Assembly: GCF_000017845.1 (NCBI RefSeq)
Contig: NC_010546.1
Coordinates: forward strand, 360,001-392,000
DNA length: 32,000 nt
Direction of reading: 5' to 3'
Source of the DNA: Crocosphaera subtropica ATCC 51142
GTDB taxonomy: Bacteria; Cyanobacteriota; Cyanobacteriia; Cyanobacteriales; Microcystaceae
The notes beneath the pieces were generated by a model. That model worked only from the letters and a program-made list of their open reading frames with translations. It was not told the DNA's origin and did no database searches. Positions 17,559 to 25,798 of this stretch are shown in pieces; position 1 is the first letter of the stretch; each line of letters begins with the position of its first letter. The translations under genes and the position numbers were made by a program.

Positions 17559-19718
17559 TTACCTTCTACCTTCTGCCTCCTGACTCCTACCTTCTTTATC
17601 CTTAAAACGGACAAAATTGGGCAAAATCATCATACTAATTAACCCTAACCAGGCTAAACCACTAATCCAGTTGGCCCAAGCTAACCCATGAAAGGTCGTG
17701 CGAATAGTATACGTTCCTGGTTTAAGGTCTAACCCTGTTAAATTGTAGTCTCGATAATAAACAGCAAAAATCTTGTTAAATCCCTTATCATTAACCCACA
17801 CTTTTAACATATCGGGATAATACAGCACAGGTAACTGGACAATATTAGCTTCTTCTGAAACGGTAATTTCACACACCGTACTTACGCCTTGTTGCTGACA
17901 GTTTTCTTCTGTTTCCGTGACGGGGATTAAGGTATGTTTAGGTAACATTCCATCTAAAAACAGTTGCTTAACTCGGATATTCAACGGTTGACCATTACGA
18001 GTCTCCCCTTGAACTACAAATTTTAAGCCAAAATCATGACTAGATTCGGGGAGGGATGGCAAGGGAACCTCTCCTTTTAACTCACGGGAAACCAGGGGAA
18101 AAGAACCAATCACTTTACCGTCAAGATGAACTTCTAAGGTAGCAGTCTCAGCAATATTTTCTAAGGGGACTTCTCCTTCGATAAACAGTACAGGGTTTTC
18201 TCCTGGTTCCCAAACTGGATAACGCAATTCTGCTTCTAGTAGTAAAGGATGATTAACAAAGGTATTCCAGGTGCTATATCCAGGAGTCCAGTCAGGATGT
18301 AATAAGGGTAATTCTGCTTTTCCATAAAGGGTTGTAATGGGACTGCGATCGAGATAATCTAATGCCCCAGAATAGCGAAATAAAGGTTCTTGTAGTAATT
18401 GATCAACGGTTAAGGTTCCCTTCGCTGCAGGAAGCCAAGGACGACTCGCAAAGACAATAATTAAAATCCCTAGAATGAGATGACGACGGTCTAATCTTCT
18501 CCTAAAGATTAACACCGTAGCGTAGGCTGTTAATAATGCCCCTGCCCACATGACATGAGTTAAAAGACGAAAAGTGAATTGTGTCACCCATAATTGACGG
18601 GGTAAAATAGCCCAAATATTAATGGGACTCCAAGTCAAAAATAGAGCCACAGCGAATACCCAAAGTAGAGCAATCATGTAGGGACGAGTTTTGTTGAGTT
18701 TAGCAGGGATAGAAGGAGAAAAATAATAATAGTACATCACTACAAGCCAAGCCCCTAATAAAATCCATCCTATAGCAGGATGTAAACCATAAGTCCCTGC
18801 TAAACCTGTTTCCGAGGGTTCAGGGGGTAAAGATGTGGGAGAGAGTAAATTAGCGAGGGGTGTATAATTATTGGTATAAAAAGGATTATTACGGTTAAGT
18901 TGTTTAGAAATAGCTAAATGAGAAGAAATAAAAACAACAGGAGCGAGGAAATAAAATCCTAATAACCATCCTAAACCGTAACTTTGAAGAGGAGGGATTA
19001 AACGGGAAAAGGTAAAATCAGTTTTCCTTGTTTGTATAACAACAATTAAGGCTAAAAGGGCAAAAAATAAGGTGCCATAAACAAAGGTAATAATATGAGT
19101 AACGGCTAAACAAAACCAACTAATGGCACTGAAAATAAGATAACGCCGTTTTCCTGTTAAGTAACATTGAATGACATAGTATAAAACAACGGGTAAAATA
19201 CCTTGGGCAATGGCTTCGGTAAAGGCTCCTCTGGCATGAATATTATTTAAAAAATAAGGAGCCGACATATAAGCAACTCCTGCTAAAATTGCAGCAACAC
19301 GGGATTGCGTCAATTGACAGCTTAAACGATAGATATAAAATCCCCCGATGGTTAAAGCTATTATAATCACTAATTTATACGCTTCGTAAGGATTGGTTGG
19401 GGTCACTAATTTATAAAACCAACCTCCGATAAAATAGGGCAACTGACTATAAAATTGAAACCCAGGATAACGCCAACTATTATTTTCAAGGGGGGCAACT
19501 CTTAAGGGGAATTGTCCTTCTATAATTGCGGTTCTCGCTTGGGCAATATATCCAACATGGGAAGCAGTATCATTAAAGTTTCCGTTAATAATTTGTGATG
19601 AGGCCATAGGTGCCATTAATGATATGGCAACAATGCTATATAACAGTAAAATGCCTATAGCAAGACGATGTTTATATAGCCATTGGTGAACAGATTTTAT
19701 GATATCTTTTAAAGTCAT
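17559..19718 (-). CDS. Large polytopic membrane protein, GT-C-like putative glycosyltransferase with a C-terminal soluble domain
   Basis: 719 aa. The first 430 aa or so contain about 12 TM segments and the remaining 280 aa are soluble. The architecture resembles the cyanobacterial proteins often mislabelled PTPS-related membrane proteins. The function is inferred from architecture and context only. Confidence 0.5.
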   Translation of the reverse strand: MTLKDIIKSVHQWLYKHRLAIGILLLYSIVAISLMAPMASSQIINGNFNDTASHVGYIAQARTAIIEGQFPLRVAPLENNSWRYPGFQFYSQLPYFIGGWFYKLVTPTNPYEAYKLVIIIALTIGGFYIYRLSCQLTQSRVAAILAGVAYMSAPYFLNNIHARGAFTEAIAQGILPVVLYYVIQCYLTGKRRYLIFSAISWFCLAVTHIITFVYGTLFFALLALIVVIQTRKTDFTFSRLIPPLQSYGLGWLLGFYFLAPVVFISSHLAISKQLNRNNPFYTNNYTPLANLLSPTSLPPEPSETGLAGTYGLHPAIGWILLGAWLVVMYYYYFSPSIPAKLNKTRPYMIALLWVFAVALFLTWSPINIWAILPRQLWVTQFTFRLLTHVMWAGALLTAYATVLIFRRRLDRRHLILGILIIVFASRPWLPAAKGTLTVDQLLQEPLFRYSGALDYLDRSPITTLYGKAELPLLHPDWTPGYSTWNTFVNHPLLLEAELRYPVWEPGENPVLFIEGEVPLENIAETATLEVHLDGKVIGSFPLVSRELKGEVPLPSLPESSHDFGLKFVVQGETRNGQPLNIRVKQLFLDGMLPKHTLIPVTETEENCQQQGVSTVCEITVSEEANIVQLPVLYYPDMLKVWVNDKGFNKIFAVYYRDYNLTGLDLKPGTYTIRTTFHGLAWANWISGLAWLGLISMMILPNFVRFKDKEGRSQEAEGRR

Positions 19719-19732
19719 ATAAGTTAAAATTC

Positions 19733-21505
19733 TTAATTAAGTTTATAAACAAAAATAATATCGTTTCGAGAAAAAATCGGTTGATTGTTGATTAAAAAGC
19801 TCCAATTTTCAGTAGCAACAGGATTATTCTCTTTTTGAGCATGAATTTGTTGTTTTACGGTACTATCGATAAGCAGATACTCATACGGCAGTTGGGTGAT
19901 GGTTTCTGTTTCTGGATTAAATCTAGGTTGAGCATAATAGGATTGAATATTGATAGGATAGTTTTCGATTTTACTTAATAAATCAAGATATTGGACAAAA
20001 CCAATATTAACCCCAAAAAGTTGATAAGTAATGACATTGTTATTATCCTCTGGTAAGCGGTTCTGGGTTAGCAAGTATTTTACCCCATGCTCGGTTTCTT
20101 GTCCCCAGTTAAGGGTTGAATCATCGGCTAATTTCCATTTTTCTTGATTCCAAAGTGGGTTAACATAACTCAAAGATTGACTAATTCCTACAATTCCTAA
20201 ATAGACATAAAGGGTTAATCCTCCTAGTAAGACGTATTTTTGCCATTTATGTTTCAAAATGACTGTTAAACTAGCTATTAATAAGTAAACAAATAATACA
20301 AGAGGATAAAAATATCGATAACCAATAATAAAACGACTATCTTTAGTTAACCAAAAATAAATGAGAGGATAAGCACTGCCTAAAATGATTAAAGGTAAGA
20401 TTTTTTTATTGATATAGTTTGTAATTACTATCTTCTGATAACTAATGTTATAAATTAAAGCTAACAATAAAAATAATCCGATGATAAATAGACCAGGATT
20501 TTCTTTAAACCAAAATATTTTAGTTAAATAGCCTAAAGAAGTCATTGACATGAATTGTCCATTCCAAAAAGGTTCTCTAATACCTCCTGCTGTACTCAAA
20601 TTCATCTTAATGCCATCAATATAAGCCCACAAATTGTCAATTAAAGATTGATTAGGTAAATTTCTAAATGCCCACCGATACATTAAACTGATTAATAAAG
20701 CTTGAATGATTAAACTAAAAACAGCTAACACTGAAAACTGTTTCAACTTTTGTTTTTTATTTTCTTTGAATAGATATATGGCAATAAAAATATAAGTCCC
20801 TATCGTAATAGGAAGTAGAATTAAATTACTAAATTTTGCATTAAGTGCTATAAAAAAACAAACTGTAAAAACAAGAAAGTGAAATCCTAAAAAATTATCA
20901 TCAGTGTTAATAACAGTATCATAAATCACCATCAACGTCAGAATAGATAATAAAGCATAGACACTAACAGCAACATCAAAAGCAATTAAAAAATTATGAC
21001 TATAAAAGCTAGGAGAGAAAACATATAATACAGCAAATACTAAAGAAATTTGAGAAGGAATTTTCTTGAAAATAAAAGTATATAAATAGAACCAGATAAA
21101 AATAAAACTATTAAAAATCAAATAGGGTAAACGTAAACTCAATAATAATCGATAAAAATTATTAGCATTGTCCATTAAGAGAGTATAACCTAAATTGAAA
21201 GCTGCTAGACGTGCCTCAATACTCTCTTCTCCACTAACAATATTAATACTAGGAACTTCTAAATTATAATTAGGAAAAAATACACTCAGAATAAGGGAAT
21301 TAATTAACTTAAAAAATAGAGGATGTTCTTGATTTAATCCTAAACCTTGGGTATAAGCATACGCCGCACCAATATAAGCAGATTCATCTGAAGTGATAGA
21401 TGTTTGATCTATCAAATGAAAACCAATGATATAATAAAGGACTATCAAAAAAATAAACAATAATTGCCTAGGAAATTCCTCAAGACGAATATATTTAAAC
21501 CCCAT
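19733..21505 (-). CDS. GT-C-fold membrane glycosyltransferase (ArnT/PMT, GT39/GT83-like)
   Basis: 590 aa with many TM segments. The first extracytoplasmic loop carries an acidic D-E motif (SITSDESAYIGAAYAY) of the kind seen in ArnT/PMT enzymes. Confidence 0.6.
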   Translation of the reverse strand: MGFKYIRLEEFPRQLLFIFLIVLYYIIGFHLIDQTSITSDESAYIGAAYAYTQGLGLNQEHPLFFKLINSLILSVFFPNYNLEVPSINIVSGEESIEARLAAFNLGYTLLMDNANNFYRLLLSLRLPYLIFNSFIFIWFYLYTFIFKKIPSQISLVFAVLYVFSPSFYSHNFLIAFDVAVSVYALLSILTLMVIYDTVINTDDNFLGFHFLVFTVCFFIALNAKFSNLILLPITIGTYIFIAIYLFKENKKQKLKQFSVLAVFSLIIQALLISLMYRWAFRNLPNQSLIDNLWAYIDGIKMNLSTAGGIREPFWNGQFMSMTSLGYLTKIFWFKENPGLFIIGLFLLLALIYNISYQKIVITNYINKKILPLIILGSAYPLIYFWLTKDSRFIIGYRYFYPLVLFVYLLIASLTVILKHKWQKYVLLGGLTLYVYLGIVGISQSLSYVNPLWNQEKWKLADDSTLNWGQETEHGVKYLLTQNRLPEDNNNVITYQLFGVNIGFVQYLDLLSKIENYPINIQSYYAQPRFNPETETITQLPYEYLLIDSTVKQQIHAQKENNPVATENWSFLINNQPIFSRNDIIFVYKLN

Positions 21506-21786
21506 AAAGCTCCCATCAACCAGGATTAGTCCACCCTAAAGTCTAGTGAATAAGGTTTATCATACGTTGGATAATTTGTCAAAAAAAATTGAAACTAAAT
21601 TTTAGTCAATGGTAAGAAAAGCCTAGACAAAGACTTATCATACAAAGGTTTCAGTAATTAGTAATCTGCTCATGTTTCGGGTTATGGTATATTCATTATT
21701 AATCTGAGGAACTTACAAGAGAGGCAGAAGAGTCGTATAATAAAGCATTTAGCTTAATCTATTAAGATAGGCAATTGAATCAAACT

Positions 21787-22662
21787 ATGGCAATTAAGGA
21801 TTATTTAATTAATAAACTGCGTAGAGTCTTAGGCATTATTGATATTTTAGCAGCCCTTGATCAAGTTCTAAAAGATCAAAAGCGAGAGTTAATTAAAGAA
21901 ATTCTCAATCAAATTAAACCAGGAAGTATAGTTGAATGTTGTATCAATGATGTGGAACTTTTAGCCCCCATTGAACCCTTACAAGTCTATCAACATTGTG
22001 TTTTTCCTAATGCAGAACAAAAACTTAATTTTTTGATTGAAAATCATTGCGCTGAGTGGTTATGTTCTCATATAAACTATGGAGATACTGTGCTAGATAT
22101 TGGGGCTGCTTTTGGGGTCATTAGTTTTCCGTTAGCTAAAGCAGTGGGTAAAAAAGGTCATATTTATGCTTTTGAACCCGCTAAAAATACCCAAGATACC
22201 TTACAAAAAATTCTCAGTTTAAATCACATTTCTAATATTACTGTAGTTACTCAAGCAATTTCCGACAAATCTGGAATTGCTGAATTTATTGAATATAGCC
22301 AAGATAATGAGTCAAGTTGGGCTTCAGACACTTCAACTTTAGCCTCAGATAATAATATTGATGAGTACAAGAAGTTTACCACTTATCAAGTTTCTGTGAT
22401 AACTTTAGACGAATATATAGCTAAAAATGCCATAGAACCATCAGCGATAAAAATGGATATAGAAGGCTTTGAATTTTATGCCTTACAAGGTGGAAAACAA
22501 ACATTAGAAAAATATTTACCTTACCTATGTATTGATATTCATGCTGATGTTAAAACTGGAAAATCCTCTTTAGTGGAAATTGAACCTTTTTTACAATCTC
22601 TTGGTTATAGTTTGACGATGGAAGAACATACCCTCTATGGAATTCCCCCTGAAAAAACATAA
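21787..22662 (+). CDS. FkbM-family SAM-dependent methyltransferase
   Basis: It has the SAM motif VLDIGAAFG and the FkbM signature IKMDIEGFEFYAL. I prefer the ATG at 21787 to the TTG at 21775. Confidence 0.8.
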   Translation: MAIKDYLINKLRRVLGIIDILAALDQVLKDQKRELIKEILNQIKPGSIVECCINDVELLAPIEPLQVYQHCVFPNAEQKLNFLIENHCAEWLCSHINYGDTVLDIGAAFGVISFPLAKAVGKKGHIYAFEPAKNTQDTLQKILSLNHISNITVVTQAISDKSGIAEFIEYSQDNESSWASDTSTLASDNNIDEYKKFTTYQVSVITLDEYIAKNAIEPSAIKMDIEGFEFYALQGGKQTLEKYLPYLCIDIHADVKTGKSSLVEIEPFLQSLGYSLTMEEHTLYGIPPEKT

Positions 22663-22746
22663 CGATATACAATAGGCTCATCATTTATATTATTAAGCAT
22701 CAGTTATTGATTTTCAGTGTCCCAACAACCTAAGAGGCTGTGAACA

Positions 22747-23748
22747 GTGTTAATTTCCATTATTATTCCCTGTTATAACGAACAAGAAGTTATTCAAATC
22801 ACTCATAATCGTTTAGTATCCGTTTTAGAAAAAATAACGCCCCAATTTGAACTAATTTACGTTGATGATGGTAGCCAAGATCAAACGGCTGATCATTTGC
22901 GACAATTACAGCAAAAAGACGAACGGGTCAAAGTTGTTTTATTATCTCGCAATTTTGGGCATCAAATGGCAGTAACAGCAGGATTAGACCATATTTGTGG
23001 CGATGCGGTTGTCTTAATTGATGCGGACTTGCAAGATCCCCCAGAAGTCATTCAAGAGATGATCGATCGCTGGTATGAAGGGTATGATGTTGCTTACGGA
23101 GTCCGTACCGATAGACAAGGAGAAACCCCTTTTAAACTATGGAGTGCTAAAGCATTTTATCGCATCATGAATCGTCTGTCTGATGTTACAATTCCCCTCG
23201 ACACAGGAGACTTCCGTTTAATGGACCGTCAGGTGGTAGAAGCGTTAAAAATGATGCCGGAACGCGATCGCTTTTTACGGGGAATGGTGAGTTGGGTGGG
23301 GTTTCGTCAAGTAGCTGTTCCCTATCAACGGAGTCCCCGTTTAGCTGGAGTGAGTAAGTATCCTTTGTTTAAAATGATTCGCTTTGCAGCCGATGGTATT
23401 TTATCCTTTTCTTTAGTTCCTTTAAGAGTCGCTATTTGGGCTGGTTTATTCACCGTTGCTTTATCTATCATTGGCATTATTTATGCTTTATTTGTGCGAC
23501 TTTTTACCCTGAGTTGGGTTCCTGGGTGGACAATTTCTTTTATTGCTATTTTATTTATTGGTGGCATTCAATTAGTCTTTTTAGGAGTCATTGGTGAGTA
23601 TATTGGACGGATTTATCGTGAAGATAAACGTCGTCCTCTCTATTTAGTCCGAGAACGATTAGGATTTCAATTTGACAATCAAAATAGTCATCGTCACCGA
23701 GGTAAAAAAGTTACCTACGCTGGAGAAAATTCCAACGAAATGATTTAA
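22747..23748 (+). CDS. GT2 polyprenyl-phosphate glycosyltransferase (GtrB/ArnC/DPM1-like) with 2 C-terminal TM helices
   Basis: It starts at a GTG preceded by AAGAGG. Motifs ISIIIPCYNE, YVDDGSQD and IDADLQDPPE are present, followed by two hydrophobic helices and a basic tail. Confidence 0.85.
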   Translation: MLISIIIPCYNEQEVIQITHNRLVSVLEKITPQFELIYVDDGSQDQTADHLRQLQQKDERVKVVLLSRNFGHQMAVTAGLDHICGDAVVLIDADLQDPPEVIQEMIDRWYEGYDVAYGVRTDRQGETPFKLWSAKAFYRIMNRLSDVTIPLDTGDFRLMDRQVVEALKMMPERDRFLRGMVSWVGFRQVAVPYQRSPRLAGVSKYPLFKMIRFAADGILSFSLVPLRVAIWAGLFTVALSIIGIIYALFVRLFTLSWVPGWTISFIAILFIGGIQLVFLGVIGEYIGRIYREDKRRPLYLVRERLGFQFDNQNSHRHRGKKVTYAGENSNEMI

Positions 23749-23790
23749 TAATTGAAGACATAATTAATGACATAGGAGAGAAAATTAACC

Positions 23791-24999
23791 TTGAATAATA
23801 TTTGTCGTGTTTGTGATTCAACTAATTTAGAATTAGCTATTGATTTAGGACATCAACCCTGGTGTAATAATTTCTTGAAACTTGAAGAAGTGGGACAAGA
23901 ACCCTTTTATCCCCTCAGAGTTTTATACTGTCATAATTGTGGGACGGTTCAATTAGATTATACCGTTAAAAAAGAAATTATGTTTGGGGATCATACCTAT
24001 CTTTCTGGAGTGACAAAATCCCTCAGTGAACACTTTAAAAATGTTGCCCATGAAGTGGATGATCGCTTCTTTAAAAATACCCCGAATAAGTCCGTTTTAG
24101 ATATTGGTTCCAATGATGGAACACAACTGAAACATTTTCAAGCTTTAGGATATGATGTTTTAGGGGTAGAATCTTCAAAAACCACTGCAAAAATAGCCGA
24201 AGAAGCAGGAGTTCCTACGGTCAATGATTTCTTTAATTTAGAGGTAGTCAAACGCCTTGATCGTAAATTTAACGCTATTAACGCAGCCGGTGTCTTTTTC
24301 CATTTAGAAGAGTTACATTCTGTCACTGAAGGAATAAGAGAAGCATTAACAGAAGATGGTGTTTTTGTAGTTCAATTCCTCTATATGAAGCGAATTGTTG
24401 ATAATTTAGCTTTCGATCAAATCTATCATGAACATCTATTATATTACAATCTTAACACCATTGAAGTTTTATTAAATCGTCATGGTTTATCCATGTTTGA
24501 TGCTTATTTATCACCCATTCATGGTGGATCAATTATCGGGTTTGTTACTCACAAAGGAGAGAAACAAGCAAGCGATCGCTTACAAAAAATGCGTCAAGCA
24601 GAAGTAGAGGAAAAAAGTAATGAATTTTCTACTTATTTAGACTTTTCTAAGCGTATTGAACAGATGAAAGCTGATAACTTAGCTTACTTGGATAAAGCTA
24701 AAAAAGAAGGTAAAAGTGTCTGGGGTTTTGGCGCACCGGTTAAAGGTAATACCATGTTAAACTACTTCGGTGTGGGGACACAATACCTTGATTATTTAGT
24801 AGAAAAAAATGAACTGAGACGGGGACTTTATTCACCTGGAATGCACATTCCTATTGTCATTGAAAAAGAATTAACCGAACTTCCTGACATTTATTATGTA
24901 TTAGCTTGGAACTTCAAAAAAGAAATTTTAGCTAATAATCAGCATTTGATTGATAAAGGAATTGAATTCTATTTTCCTGTTAATCCTCAAGACATTTAG
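23791..24999 (+). CDS. NDP-hexose C-methyltransferase-like enzyme (zinc-ribbon N-domain plus class I SAM methyltransferase, TylCIII-like)
   Basis: It starts at a TTG preceded by AGGAGA. The pattern CRVCDS...LGHQPWCNNF...CHNCGTVQL forms a zinc ribbon. The SAM motif is VLDIGSNDGT, and the C-terminal domain is typical of sugar C-methyltransferases. Confidence 0.75.
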   Translation: MNNICRVCDSTNLELAIDLGHQPWCNNFLKLEEVGQEPFYPLRVLYCHNCGTVQLDYTVKKEIMFGDHTYLSGVTKSLSEHFKNVAHEVDDRFFKNTPNKSVLDIGSNDGTQLKHFQALGYDVLGVESSKTTAKIAEEAGVPTVNDFFNLEVVKRLDRKFNAINAAGVFFHLEELHSVTEGIREALTEDGVFVVQFLYMKRIVDNLAFDQIYHEHLLYYNLNTIEVLLNRHGLSMFDAYLSPIHGGSIIGFVTHKGEKQASDRLQKMRQAEVEEKSNEFSTYLDFSKRIEQMKADNLAYLDKAKKEGKSVWGFGAPVKGNTMLNYFGVGTQYLDYLVEKNELRRGLYSPGMHIPIVIEKELTELPDIYYVLAWNFKKEILANNQHLIDKGIEFYFPVNPQDI

Positions 25000-25023
25000 G
25001 ATTATCTTATAATAGTTGTAAGG

Positions 25024-25083
25024 TGGGCAATATTCAGCAAAACTCATCAAAACCTATCCATAAACTCTTCTCAATATTGCCCA
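25024..25083. repeat. Perfect 11-bp inverted repeat with a 38-nt spacer
   Basis: TGGGCAATATT (25024-25034) pairs with AATATTGCCCA (25073-25083). It lies between the C-methyltransferase stop and the DUF29 start. Confidence 0.7.
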
Positions 25084-25121
25084 TCTCTATTTTATTGCTA
25101 TTATAAGGAGGAGAACTAATC

Positions 25122-25573
25122 ATGAAAACAGTAAAAAAACTTTACGAAACTGACTTTAATTTGTGGTTAGAAGAAACAGCAAGATTACTTAAAGAAAATA
25201 AATTAGAGGAATTAGATATTGAGAATTTAATCGAAGAAATTGAAGCATGGAAAGAAGTGAAAAAAAAGGATTTCGTAGTAACTTAGAACAATTATTACTA
25301 CACCTTTTAAAATGGAAATATCAAAAAAATAAACGATCAGGAAGTTGGGAAAGTTCTATTATTGAACATCGTAATAGAATGTTAGACGACTTAGAAGATA
25401 GTCCCAGTTATAAACCTTATTATGACAATATTTTTGATAAATGTTATCAGAATGGTAGAAAATATGCTAAAGCACAAACGGGTTTGCCTATCAAGACTTT
25501 TCCTGAAGTTTGTCCCTTTCCTAAAACAGAAATTTTAACCTCTGATTATCTTCCTGAAGATGACAATAATTAA
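25122..25573 (+). pseudogene. DUF29-family gene split by a 1-nt frameshift at about 25245
   Basis: A strong SD (AAGGAGG) is followed by an ATG at 25122. That frame encodes MKTVKKLYETDFNLWLEETARLLKENKLEELDIENLIEEIEA and then stops. The rest of the DUF29 consensus (MERSEKKGFRSNLEQLLLHLLKWKYQ...) continues in the ORF at 25247-25573, in a different frame. Confidence 0.7.
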
Positions 25574-25798
25574 AGGCTATCAGTATTCGATTAGAATGAG
25601 TTAGACGATTATAATTAAGGTGTTGAAAAACATCTAATTATCTGTCTTAACCCATAATTTTAGATGGATAAAACCATGAAAAATATCTTAAAAATTACTT
25701 TAAAAATAGTCTCTTAGATAGCAACTAAATTATAATTAAATAATCAGTGTAAAGATTATGCTGTAAATTACAATTATTGTAGAGACTATTAACAGACT

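Noticed and set aside
17501-17614. Long N-terminal extension of the TagA-like ORF (start at 17614)
   Set aside because: It would overlap the upstream gene by 56 nt, and the extension has no GT26 similarity. The Met at 17500 gives a typical 245-aa protein.
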